DNA of 20,000 nucleotides, from the NCBI RefSeq assembly GCF_963921235.1, contig NC_086107.1, forward strand, positions 117,049,008 to 117,069,007, written 5' to 3'. A program made the position numbers and the translations under genes. The DNA is from Mobula hypostoma. Its lineage: Eukaryota. Under the pieces are notes generated by a model. The model saw nothing but the letters and a program-made list of their open reading frames with translations. It ran no database searches and was not told the DNA's origin. Within the stretch, counting starts at the first letter, position 1; each line of letters starts with the position of its first letter. Of the stretch, positions 1-13,219 are shown piece by piece.

Positions 1-660
1 TCATGCCCTGAATCTCATGTCCTGAATCTCCTGCCCTGAATCTCAAGCCCTGAAAATACTGCCCTGAATCTCATGCCCTGAAACTCATGCCCTGAATCTC
101 ATGCCCTGAAACTCCTGCCCTGAATCTCCTGCCCTGAATCTCATGCCCTGAATCTCATGCCCTGATACTCCTGCTCTGAATCTCAAGCACTGAAACTACT
201 ACCTTGAATCTCATGCCTTGAAACTCCTGCCCTGAATCTCATGCCCTGAAACTCCTGTCCTGAAACTGCTGCCCTGAATCTCAAGCCCTGAATCTCATGC
301 CCTGAATCTCATGCCTTGAAACTCAAGCCCTGAATCTCATGCCCTGAATCTCATGCCCTGAAACTCCTGCCCTGAATCTCAAGCCCTGAATCTCATGCCC
401 TGAAACTACTGCCCTGAATCTCATGCCTTGAAACTCCTGCTATGAAACTCATGCCCTGAATCTCATGTCCTGAATCTCCTGCCCTGAATCTCAAGCCCTG
501 AAAATACTGCCCTGAATCTCATGCCCTGAAACTCATGCCCTGAATCTCATGCCCTGAAACTCCTGCACTGAATCTCCTGCCCTGAATCTCATGCCCTGAA
601 TCTCATGCCCTGAAACTCCTGCCCTGAATCTCAAGCCCTGAAACTACTGCCCTGAATCTC
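1..660. repeat. 448-bp higher-order repeat, partial pair at window start (boundaries approximate)
   Basis: The cassette GTCCTGAATCTCCT-GCCCTGAATCTCAA-GCCCTGAAAATACT occurs with the AAAATACT unit at 47 and 495 (448 bp apart). Confidence 0.75.
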
Positions 661-2502
661 ATGCCCTGAAACTCCTGCCCTGAATCTCAAGCCCTGAAAC
701 TACTGCCCTGAATCTCATGCCCTGAAACTCATGCCCTGAATCTCATGCCCTGCCCTGAATCTCATGCCCTGAATCTCCTGCCCTGAATCTCATGCCCTGA
801 AACTACTGCCCTGAATCTCCTGCCCTGAATCTCATGCCCTGAAACTGCTGCCCTTGAATCTCATGCCCTGAAACTACTGCCCTGAATCTCAAGCCCTGAA
901 ACTACTGCCCTGAATCTCATGCCTTGAAACTCCTGCTCTGAAACACCTGCCCTGAATCTCATGCCCTGAATCTCATGCCCTGAAACTCATGCCCTGAATC
1001 TCATGCCCTGAATCTCCTGCCCTGAATCTCCTGCCCTGAATCTCATGCCCTGAATCTCATGCCCTGAATCTCATGCCCTGAAACTCATGCCCTGAATCTC
1101 ATGCCCTGAAACTCCTGCCCTGAATCTCATGCCCTGAAACTCATGCCCTGAATCTCATGCCCTGAAACTCATGCCCTGAATCTCCTGCCCTGAAACTCAT
1201 GCCCTGAAACTCCTGCCCTGAAACTCATGCCCTGAAACTCATGCCCTGAATCTCATGCCCTGAATCTCCTGCCCTGAAACTCATGCCCTGAATCTCATGC
1301 CCTGAAACTCCTGCCCTGAATCTCATGCCCTGAAACTCCTGCCCTGAATCTCCTGCCCTGAAACTCATGCCCTGAATCTCCTGCCCTGAAACTCATGCCC
1401 TGAATCTCATGCCCTGAAACTCCTGTCCTGAATCTCCTGCCCTGAAACTCATGCCCTGAATCTCATGCCCTGAATCTCCTGCCCTGAAACTCCTGCCCTG
1501 AAACTCCTGCCCTGAATCTCATGCCCTGAATCTCCTGCCCTGAATCTCATGCCCTGAATCTCCTGCCCTGAATCTCATGCCCTGAAACTCCTGCCCTGAA
1601 TCTCATGCCCTGAAACTCCTGCCCTGAATCTCATGCCCTGAAACTCCTGCCCTGAATCTCATGCCCTGAAACTCATGCCCTGAATCTCATGCCCTGAAAC
1701 TCCTGCCCTGAAACTCCTGCCCTGAAACTCATGCCCTGAATCTCATGCCCTGAATCTCATGCCCTGAATCTCCTGCCCTGAATCTCCTGCCCTGAAACTC
1801 ATGCCCTGAATCTCATGCCCTGAAACTCCTGCCCTGAATCTCATGCCCTGAAACTCATGCCCTGAATCTCATGCCCTGAAACTCCTGCCCTGAATCTCCT
1901 GCCCTGAAACTCATGCCCTGAATCTCATGCCCTGAAACTCCTGCCCTGAATCTCCTGCCCTGAATCTCATGCCCTGAATCTCATGCCCTGAATCTCCTGC
2001 CCTGAAACTCATGCCCTGAATCTCATGCCCTGAAACTCCTGCCCTGAATCTCCTGCCCTGAATCTCATGCCCTGAATCTCCTGCCCTGAAACTCATGCCC
2101 TGAATCTCATGCCCTGAAACTCCTGCCCTGAATCTCATGCCCTGAATCTCCTGCCCTGAAACTCATGCCCTGAATCTCATGCCCTGAAACTCATGCCCTG
2201 AATCTCATGCCCTGAAACTCCTGCCCTGAAACTCCTGCCCTGAATCTCATGCCCTGAAACTCCTGCCCTGAAACTCATGCCCTGAATCTCATGCCCTGAA
2301 ACTCCTGCCCTGAATCTCATGCCCTGAAACCACTGCCCTGAATCTCATGCCCTGAAACTCCTGCCCTGAATCTCATGCCCTGAATCTCATGCCCTGAAAC
2401 TCATGCCCTGAATCTCATGCCCTGAAACTCCTGCCCTGAAACTCCTGCCCTGAATCTCAAGCCCTGAATCTCATGCCCTGAAACTCCTGCCCTGAATCTC
2501 CT

Positions 2503-3080
2503 GCCCTGAAACCACAGCCCTGAATCTCATGCCCTGAAACTCCTGCCCTGAATCTCCTGCCCTGAATCTCATGCCCTGAATCTCATGCCCTGAAACTCCT
2601 GCCCTGAATCTCATGCCCTGAAACTCCTGTCCTGAAACTCCTGCCCTGAATCTCAAGCCCTGAATCTCATGCCCTGAAACTCCTGCCCTGTTCCTCAAGC
2701 CCTGAATCTCATGCTCTGAATCTCATGCCCTGAATCTCATGCCCTGAATCTCCTGCCCTGAATCTCATGCCCTGAAACTCCTGCTATGAAACTCATGCCC
2801 TGAATCTCATGTCCTGAATCTCCTGCCCTGAATCTCATGCCCTGAATCTCATGCCCTGAAACTGCTGCCCTGAATCTCATGCCTTGAAACTCCTGCTATG
2901 AAACTCATGCCCTGAATCTCATGCCCTGAATCTCCTGCCCTGAATCTCAAGCCCTGAATCTCATGCCCTGAATCTCATGCCCTGAATCTCCTGCCCTGAA
3001 ACTCCTGCACTGAAACTCCTGCCCTGATTCTCCTGCCCTGAAACTCATGCCCTGAATCTCATGCCCTGAAATTCATGCCC
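2503..3080. repeat. Marker block B, copy 1 (recurrent ~0.55-kb cassette of rare monomers)
   Basis: GAAACCACA unit at 2503, GTTCCTCAA unit at 2685, paired GCTATG units at 2783/2895, GCACTG+GATTCTCCT units at 3007. Confidence 0.8.
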
Positions 3081-6000
3081 TGAATCTCCTGCTCTGAAAC
3101 TCCTGCCCTGAAACTCATGCCCTGAAACTCATGCCCTGAATCTCATGCCATGAAACTCATGCCCTGAATCTCATGCCCTGAAACTCCTGTCCTGAAACTC
3201 CTGCCCTGAATCTCATGCCCTGAATCTCATGCCCTGAAACTCCTGCCCTGTTCCTCAAGCCCTGAATCTCATGCTCTGAATCTCATGCCCTGAAACTCCT
3301 GCCCTGAATCTCCTGCCCTGAATCTCATGCCCTGAAACTCCTGCCCTGAATCTCATGCCCTGAAACTCCTGCTATGAAACTCATGCCCTGAATCTCATGT
3401 CCTGAATCTCCTGCCCTGAATCTCAAGCCCTGAAAATACTGCCCTGAATCTCATGCCCTGAAACTCATGCCCTGAATCTCATGCCCTGAAACTCCTGCCC
3501 TGAATCTCCTGCCCTGAATCTCATGCCCTGAATCTCATGCCCTGAAACTCCTGCCCTGAATCTCAAGCCCTGAAACTACTGCCCTGAATCTCATGCCCTG
3601 AAACTCCTGCCCTGAATCTCATGCCCTGAAACTACTGCCCTGAATCTCATGCCCTGAAACTCCTGCCCTGAATCTCATGCCCTGAAACCACAGCCCTGAA
3701 TCTCATGCCCTGAAACTCCTGCCCTGAATCTCATGCCCTGAAACTCCTGCCCTGAAACTCCTGCCCTGAATCTCATGCCCTGAAACTACTGCCCTGAATC
3801 TCATGCCCTGAAACTACTGCCCTGAATCTCAAGCCCTGAAACTACTGCCCTGAATCTCATGCCCTGAAACTCCTGCCCTGAAACACCTGCCCTGAATCTC
3901 ATGCCCTGAATCTCCTGCCCTGAAACTCATGCCCTGAATCTCATGCCCTGAATCTCCTGCCCTGAATCTCATGCCCTGAATCTCATGCCCTGAATCTCAT
4001 GCCCTGAATCTCATGCCCTGAAACTCCTGCCCTGAATCTCATGCCCTGAATCTCATGCCCTGAAACTCCTGCCCTGAATCTCAAGCCCTGAATCTCATGC
4101 CCTGAATCTCATGCCCTGAAACTCCTGCCCTGAATCTCAAGCCCTGAAACTACTGCCCTGAATCTCATGCCCTGAAACTCCTGCCCTGAATCTCATGCCC
4201 TGAAACCACTGCCCTGAATCTCATGCCCTGAAACTCCTGCCCTGAATCTCATGCCCTGAAACTCCTGCCCTGAATCTCCTGCCCTGAATCTCATGCCCTG
4301 AAACTCCTGCCCTGAATCTCATGCCCTGAAACTACTGCCCTGAATCTCATGCCCTGAAACTACTGCCCTGAATCTCATGCCCTGAAACTCCTGCCCTGAA
4401 ACTCCTGCCCTGAATCTCATGCCCTGAATCTCCTGCCCTGAAACTCATGCCCTGAATCTCATGCCCTGAATCTCCTGCCCTGAATCTCATGCCCTGAATC
4501 TCATGCCCTGAAACTCATGCCCTGAATCTCATGCCCTGAAACTCATGCCCTGAATCTCATGCCCTGAAACTCCTGCCCTGAATCTCATGCCCTGAAACTC
4601 ATGCCCTGAATCTCATGCCCTGAAACTCATGCCCTGAATCTCCTGCCCTGAAACTCATGCCCTGAATCTCCTGCCCTGAAACTCATGCCCTGAATCTCAT
4701 GCCCTGAATCTCATGCCCTGAATCTCCTGCCCTGAAACTCATGCCCTGAATCTCATGCCCTGAAACTCCTGCCCTGAATCTCATGCCCTGAAACTCTGCC
4801 CTGAATCTCATGCCCTGAAACTCATGCCCTGAATCTCCTGCCCTGAAACTCATGCCCTGAATCTCATGCCCTGAAACTCCTGCCCTGAATCTCATGCCCT
4901 GAAACTCCTGCCCTGAATCTCATGCCCTGAATCTCCTGCCCTGAAACTCCTGCCCTGAAACTCATGCCCTGAATCTCATGCCCTGAATCTCCTGCCCTGA
5001 ATCTCATGCCCTGAATCTCCTGCCCTGAATCTCATGCCCTGAAACTCCTGCCCTGAATCTCATGCCCTGAAACTCCTGCCCTGAATCTCCTGCCCTGAAA
5101 CTCATGCCCTGAATCTCATGCCCTGAAACTCATGCCCTGAATCTCATGCCCTGAAACTCCTGCCCTGAAACTCCTGCCCTGAAACTCATGCCCTGAATCT
5201 CATGCCCTGAAACTCATGCCCTGAATCTCATGCCCTGAAACTCCTGCCCTGAATCTCATGCCCTGAATCTCATGCCCTGAAACTCCTGCCCTGAATCTCA
5301 TGCCCTGAATCTCCTGCCCTGAAACTCATGCCCTGAATCTCATGCCCTGAAACTCCTGCACTGAATCTCAGCCCGGAAACTCATGCCCTGAATCTCATGC
5401 CCTGAAACTCCTGTCCTGAATCTCCTGCCCTGAATCACATGCCCTGAATCTTCTGCCCTGAAACTCCTGCCCTGAATCTTAAGCCCTGAAAGTACTGCCC
5501 TGAATCTCATGCCCTGAAACTCCTGCCCTGAATCTCATGCCCTGAAACTCCTGTCCTGAAACTGCTGCCCTGAATCTCAAGCCCTGAATCTCATGCCCTG
5601 AATCTCATGCCCTGAAACTCCTGCCCTGTTCCTCAAGCCCTGAATCTCATGCTCTGAATCTCATGACCTGAAACTCCTGCACTGAATCTCCTGCCCTGAA
5701 TCTCATGCCCTGAAACTCATGCCCTGAATCTCCTGCTCTGAAACTCCTGTCCTGAATATCCTGCCCTGAATCTCATGCCCTGAAACTACTGCCCTGAATC
5801 TCATGCCCTGAAACTCCTGCCCTGAAACTCATGCCCTGAATCTCATGCCCTGAATCTCCTGCCCTGAATCTCATGCCCTGAAACTCATGCCCTGAATCTC
5901 ATGCCCTGAAACTCCTGCCCTGAATCTCAAGCCCTGAAACTACTGCCCTGAATCTCATGCCCTGAAACTCCTGCCCTGAAAGACCTGCCCTGAAACTCAT

Positions 6001-6196
6001 GCCCTGAATCTCATGCCCTGAAACTCATGCCCTGAATCTCATGCCCTGAATCTCATGCCCTGAAACTCATGCCCTGAATCTCATGCCCTGAAACTCCTGC
6101 CCTGAAACTCCTGCCCTGAATCTCATGCCCTGAAACTCCTGCCCTGAAACTCATGCCCTGAATCTCATGCCCTGAAACTCCTGCCCTGAATCTCCT

Positions 6197-6780
6197 GCCC
6201 TGAAACCACAGCCCTGAATCTCATGCCCTGAAACTCCTGCCCTGAATCTCATGCCCTGAATCTCATGCCCTGAAACTCCTGCCCTGAATCTCATGCCCTG
6301 AAATTCCTGTCCTGAAACTCCTGCCTTGATTCTCAAGCCCTGAATCTCATGCCCTGAAACTCCTGCCCTGTTCCTCAAGCCCTGAATCTCATGCTCTGAA
6401 TCTCATGCCCTGAATCTCATGCCCTGAATCTCATGCCCTGAAACTACTGCCCTGAATCTCATGCCTTGAAACTCCTGCTATGAAACTCATGCCCTGAATC
6501 TCATGTCCTGAATCCCCTGCCCTGAATCTCATGCCCTGAATCTCATGCCCTGAAACTGCTGCCCTGAATCTCATGCCTTGAAACTCCTGCTATGAAACTC
6601 ATGTCCTGAATCTCATGTCCTGAATCTCCTGCCCTGAATCTCAAGCCCTGAATCTCATGCCCTGAATCTCATGCCCTGAATCTCCTGCCCTGAAACTCCT
6701 GCACTGAAACTCCTGCCCTGATTCTCCTGCCCTGAAACTCATGCCCTGAATCTCATGCCCTGAAATTCATGCCCTGAATC
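6197..6780. repeat. Marker block B, copy 2
   Basis: GAAACCACA unit at 6197, AATTCCT-GTCCTG-GCCTTGATT at about 6300-6335, GTTCCTCAA unit at 6365, GCTATG pair at 6477/6589, GCACTG at 6701. Confidence 0.8.
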
Positions 6781-7939
6781 TCCTGCCCTGAAACTCCTGC
6801 CCTGAATCTCATGCCCTGAATCTCATGCCCTGAATCTCATGCCCTGAAACTCCTGCCCTGAATCTCATGCCCTGAAACTCATGCCCTGAATCTCATGCCC
6901 TGAAACTCCTGTCCTGAAACTCATGCCCTGAATCTCATGCCCTGAAACTCCTGCCCTGAATCTCCTGCCCTGAAACTCCTGCCCTGAAACTCATGCCCTG
7001 AATCTCATGCCCTGAAACTCATGCCCTGAATCTCATGCCCTGAAACTCCTGCCCTGAATCTCATGCCCTGAAACTCCTGCCCTGAATCTCATGCCCTGAA
7101 ACTCCTGCCCTGAATCTCATGCCCTGAAACTCCTGCCCTGAATCTCCTGCCCTGAATCTCATGCCCTGAATCTCCTGCCCTGAAACTCATGCCCTGAATC
7201 TCATGCCCTGAATCTCCTGCCCTGAATCTCCTGCCCTGAATCTCATGCCCTGAATCTCATGCCCTGAATCTCATGCCCTGAAACTCCTGCCCTGAATCTC
7301 ATGCCCTGAAACTCCTGCCCTGAATCTCATGCCCTGAAACTCCTGCCCTGAATCTCATGCCCTGAAACTCATGCCCTGAATCTCATGCCCTGAAACTCCT
7401 GCCCTGAATCTCCTGCCCTGAAACTCATGCCCTGAATCTCATGCCCTGAATCTCATGCCCTGAATCTCCTGCCCTGAAACTCATGCCCTGAATCTCATGC
7501 CCTGAAACTCCTGCCCTGAATCTCATGCCCTGAATCTCCTGCCCTGAAACTCATGCCCTGAAACTCATGCCCTGAATCTCCTGCCCTGAAACTCATGCCC
7601 TGAATCTCATGCCCTGAAACTCCTGCCCTGAATCTCATGCCCTGAAACTCATGCCCTGAATCTCATGCCCTGAATCTCATGCCCTGAAACTCCTGCCCTG
7701 AAACTCCTGCCCTGAATCTCATGCCCTGAATCTCCTGCCCTGAATCTCATGCCCTGAATCTCCTGCCCTGAATCTCATGCCCTGAAACTCATGCCCTGAA
7801 TCTCATGCCCTGAAACTCCTGCCCTGAATCTCATGCCCTGAAACTCCTGCCCTGAAACTCATGCCCTGAATCTCATGCCCTGAAACTCCTGCCCTGAATC
7901 TCCTGCCCTGAAACTCCTGCCCTGAATCTCATGCCCTGA

Positions 7940-10270
7940 AACTCCTGTCCTGAATCTCCTGCCCTGAATCACATGCCCTGAATCTCATGCCCTGAAACTC
8001 CTGCCCTGAATCTCAAGCCCTGAAACTACTGCCCTGAATCTCATGCCCTGAAACTCCTGCCCTGAATCTCATGCCCTGAAACTCCTGTCCTGAAACTGCT
8101 GCCCTGAATCTCAAGCCCTGAATCTCATGCCCTGAAACTCCTGCCCTGTTCCTCAAGCCCTGAATCTCATGCCCTGAATCTCATGCCCTGAAACTACTGC
8201 CCTGAATCTCATGCCCTGAATCTCATGCCCTGAAACTCCTGCCCTGAATCTCATGCCCTGAAACTCCTGCTATGAAACTCATGCCCTGAATCTCATGTCC
8301 TGAATCTCCTGCCCTGAATCTCAAGCCCTGAAAATACTGCCCTGAATCTCATGCCCTGAAACTCATGCACTGAATCTCATGCCCTGAAACTCCTGTCCTG
8401 AATCTCCTGCCCTGAATCTCATGCCCTGAATCTCATGCCCTGAAACTCCTGCCCTGAATCTCAAGCCCTGAAACTACTGCCCTGAATCTCATGCCCTGAA
8501 ACTCCTGCCCTGAATCTCATGCCCTGAAACTCCTGTCCTGAAACTCCTGCCCTGAATCTCATGCCCTGAATCTCATGCCCTGAAACTCCTGCCCTGAATC
8601 TCAAGCCCTGAATCTCATGCCCTGAATCTCATGCCCTGAAACTCCTGCCCTGAATCTCCTGCCCTGAATCTCATGCCCTGAAACTCCTGCCCTGAATCTC
8701 ATGCCCTGAAACTCCTGCCATGAAACTCATGCCCTGAATCTCATGCCCTGAAACTCCTGCCCTGAATCTCAAGCCCTGAAACTACTGCCCTGAATCTCAT
8801 GCCCTGAAACTCCTGCCCTGAATCTCATGCCCTGAAACTCCTGCACTGAATCTCCTGCCCTGAATCTCATGCCCTGAATCTCATGCCCTGAAACTCCTGC
8901 CCTGAATCTCATGCCCTGAAACTACTGCCCTGAATCTCATGCCCTGAAACTCCTGCCCTGAATCTCATGCCCTGAAACTACTGCCCTGAATCTCATGCCC
9001 TGAAACTCCTGCCCTGAATCTCATGCCCTGAAACTCATGCCCTGAATCTCATGCCCTGAAACTCCTGCCCTGAATCTCATGCCCTGAAACTACTGCCCTG
9101 AATCTCATGCCCTGAAACTCCTGCCCTGAATCTCATGCCCTGAAACTCCTGCCCTGAATCTCCTGCCCTGAATCTCATGCCCTGAATCTCCTGCCCTGAA
9201 ACTCATGCCCTGAATCTCATGCCCTGAATCTCATGCCCTGAATCTCCTGCCCTGAAACTCATGCCCTGAATCTCATGCCCTGAAACTCCTGTCCTGAATC
9301 TCCTGCCCTGAATCTCATGCCCTGAATCTCATGCCCTGAAACTCCTGCCCTGAATCTCAAGCCCTGAAACTACTGCCCTGAATCTCATGCCCTGAAACTC
9401 CTGCCCTGAATCTCATGCCCTGAAACTCCTGTCCTGAAACTCCTGCCCTGAATCTCATGCCCTGAATCTCATGCCCTGAAACTCCTGCCCTGAATCTCCT
9501 GCCCTGAATCTCATGCCCTGAATCTCATGCCCTGAAACTCCTGCCCTGAATCTCATGCCCTGAATCTCATGCCCTGAAACTCCTGCCCTGAATCTCATGC
9601 CTTGAAACTCCTGCTATGAAACTCATGCCCTGAATCTCATGTCCTGAATCTCCTGCCCTGAATCTCAAGCCCTGAAACTACTGCCCTGAATCTCATGCCC
9701 TGAAACTCATGCCCTGAATCTCATGCCCTGAAACTCCTGCACTGAATCTCCTGCCCTGAATCTCATGCCCTGAATCTCATGCCCTGAAACTCCTGCCCTG
9801 AATCTCATGCCCTGAAACTACTGCCCTGAATCTCATGCCCTGAAACTCCTGCCCTGAATCTCATGCCCTGAAACTCCTGCCCTGAAACTCCTGCCCTGAA
9901 TCTCATGCCCTGAATCTCATGCCCTGAAACTCCTGCCCTGAATCTCCTGCCCTGAATCTCATGCCCTGAATCTCATGCCCTGAAACTCCTGCCCTGAATC
10001 TCCTGCCCTGAATCTCATGCCCTGAAACTCCTGCCCTGAATCTCATGCCCTGAAACTCCTGCCCTGAATCTCATGCCCTGAATCTCATGCCCTGAAACTC
10101 CTGCCCTGAATCTCAAGCCCTGAAAATACTGCCCTGAATCTCATGCCCTGAAACTCCTGCCCTGAATCTCATGCCCTGAAACTCCTGCCCTGAATCTCCT
10201 GCCCTGAATCTCATGCCCTGAATCTCATGCCCTGAAACTCCTGCCCTGAATCTCAAGCCCTGAAACTCAT
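7940..10270. repeat. 448-bp (32-monomer) higher-order repeat, about 5 tandem copies (boundaries approximate)
   Basis: Rare monomers recur at multiples of 448 bp: GTCCTG/GCACTG units at 7947, 8395, 8843, 9291, 9739; GTCCTG at 8087, 8535, 9431; GCTATG/GCCATG at 8269, 8717, 9613; GAAAATACT/GAAACTACT after TCTCAA at 8325, 8773, 9669, 10117. Confidence 0.85.
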
Positions 10271-11559
10271 GCCCTGAATCTCATGCCCTGAAACTCCTGC
10301 CCTGAATCTCATGCCCTGAAACTACTGCCCTGAATCTCATGCCCTGAAACTCCTGCCCTGAATCTCATGCCCTGAAACTACTGCCCTGAATCTCATGCCC
10401 TGAAACTCCTGCCCTGAATCTCATGCCCTGAAACTACTGCCCTGAATCTCCTGCCCTGAATCTCATGCCCTGAAACTCATGCCCTGAATCTCATGCCCTG
10501 AAACTCCTGCCCTGAATCTCAAGCCCTGAAACTACTGCCCTGAATCTCATGCCCTGAAACTCCTGCCCTGAATCTCCTGCCCTGAATCTCATGCCCTGAA
10601 TCTCCTGCCCTGAAACTCATGCCCTGAATCTCATGCCCTGAATCTCCTGCCCTGAATCTCCTGCCCTGAATCTCATGCCCTGAATCTCATGCCCTGAATC
10701 TCATGCCCTGAAACTCCTGCCCTGAATCTCATGCCCTGAAACTCCTGCCCTGAATCTCATGCCCTGAAACTCCTGCCCTGAATCTCCTGCCCTGAAACTC
10801 CTGCCCTGAATCTCATGCCCTGAAACTCCTGTCCTGAAACTCCTGCCCTGAATCTCATGCCCTGCCCTGAATCTCATGCCCTGAAACTCCTGCCCTGTTC
10901 CTCAAGCCCTGAATCTCATGCTCTGAATCTCATGACCTGAAACTCCTGCCCTGAATCTCCTGCCCTGAATCTCATGCCCTGAAACTCCTGCCCTGAATCT
11001 CATGCCCTGAAACTCCTGCCCTGAATCTCCTGCCCTGAATCTCATGCCCTGAAACTACTGCCCTGAATCTCATGCCCTGAAACTCCTGCCCTGAAACTCA
11101 TGCCCTGAATCTCATGCCCTGAATCTCCTGCCCTGAATCTCATGCCCTGAAACTCATGCCCTGAATCTCATGCCCTGAAACTCATGCCCTGAATCTCAAG
11201 CCCTGAAACTACTGCCCTGAATCTCATGCCCTGAAACTCCTGCCCTGAATCTCATGCCCTGAAACTCATGCCCTGAATCTCCTGCCCTGAAACTCATGCC
11301 CTGAATCTCATGCCCTGAATCTCATGCCCTGAAACTCATGCCCTGAATCTCATACCTTGAAACTCCTGTCCAGAAACTCCTGCCCTGAATCTCATGCCCT
11401 GAAACTCCTGCCCTGAAACTCATGCCCTGAATCTCATGCCCTGAAACTCCTGCCCTGAATCTCCTGCCCTGAAACTCCTGCCCTGAATCTCATGCCCTGA
11501 AACTCCTGCCCTGAATCTCATGCCCTGAATCTCATGCCCTGAAACTCCTGCCCTGAATC

Positions 11560-11990
11560 TCATGCCCTGAAATTCCTGTCCTGAAACTCCTGCCTTGATT
11601 CTCAAGCCCTGAATCTCATGCCCTGAAACTCCTGCCCTGTTCCTCAAGCCCTGAATCTCAAGCCCTGAATCTCATGCTCTGAATATCATGCCCTGAATCT
11701 CATGCCCTGAAACTCCTGCCCTGAATCTCATGCCCTGAAACTCCTGCTATGAAACTCATGCCCTGAATCTCATGTCCTGAATCTCCTGCCCTGAAACTCA
11801 TGCCCTGAATCTCATGCCCTGAAACTCATGCCCTGAATCTCATGCCCTGAAACTCCTGCTATGAAACTCATGCCCTGAATCTCATGTCCTGAATCTCCTG
11901 CCCTGAATCTCAAGCCCTGAATCTCATGCCCTGAATCTCATGCCCTGAATCTCCTGCCCTGAAACTCCTGCCCTGAAACTCCTGCCCTGA
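11560..11990. repeat. Marker block B, copy 3
   Basis: AATTCCT-GTCCTG-GCCTTGATT at about 11570-11605, GTTCCTCAA unit at 11634, GCTATG pair at 11746/11858. Confidence 0.8.
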
Positions 11991-13219
11991 ATCTCATGCC
12001 CTGAAACTCATGCCCTGAATCTCATGCCCTGAAACTCATGCCCTGAATCTCATGCCCTGAAACTCCTGCCCTGAATCTCATGCCCTGAAACTCATGCCCT
12101 GAATCTCATGCCCTGAAACTCCTGCCCTGAAACTCATGCCCTGAATCTCATGCCCTGAAACTCATGCCCTGAATCTCATGCCTTGAAACTCCTGGTCTGA
12201 AACTCATGCCCTGAATCTCATGCCCTGAAACTCCTGCCCTGAATCTCCTGCCCTGAAACTCCTGCCCTGAAACTCATGCCCTGAATCTCATGCCCTGAAA
12301 CTCATGCCCTGAATCTCATGCCCTGAAACTCCTGCCCTGAATCTCATGCCCTGAAACTCCTGCCCTGAATCTCAAGCCCTGAAACTACTGCCCTGAATCT
12401 CATGCCCTGAAACTCCTGCCCTGAAAGACCTGCCCTGAAAATCATGCCCTGAATCTCCTGCCCTGAAACTCATGCCCTGAATCTCATGCCCTGAATCTCC
12501 TGCCCTGAATCTCCTGCCCTGAATCTCATGCCCTGAATCTCATGCCCTGAATCTCATGCCCTGAAACTCATGCCCTGAATCTCATGCCCTGAAACTCATG
12601 CCCTGAATCTCATGCCCTGAAACTCCTGCCCTGAATCTCATGCCCTGAAACTCATGCCCTGAATCTCCTGCCCTGAAACTCATGCCCTGAATCTCCTGCC
12701 CTGAAACTCATGCCCTGAAACTCATGCCCTGAATCTCATGCCCTGAATCTCCTGCCCTGAAACTCATGCCCTGAATCTCATGCCCTGAAACTCCTGCCCT
12801 GAATCTCATGCCCTGAAACTCATGCCCTGAATTTCATGCCCTGAAACTCATGCCCTGAATCTCCTGCGCTGAAACTCATGACCTGAATCTCATGCCCTGA
12901 AACGCCAGTGCCGAAACTCCTGCCCTGAAACTCATGCCCTGAATCTCATGCTCTGAACCTCGTACCCTGAAACTCCTGCCCTGAAACTCCTGCCCTGAAT
13001 CTCATGCCCTGAATCTCATGCCCTGAAACTCATGCCCTGAATCTCCTGCCCTGAATCTCATGCCCTGAAACTCCTGCCCTGAATCTCATGCCCTGAAACT
13101 CCTGCCCTGAATCTCATGCCCTGAAACTCCTGCCCTGAATCTCATGCCCTGAAAATCCTGCCCTGAATCTCAAGCCCTGAATCTCCTGCCCTGAAATCAC
13201 AGCCCTGAATCTCATGCCC

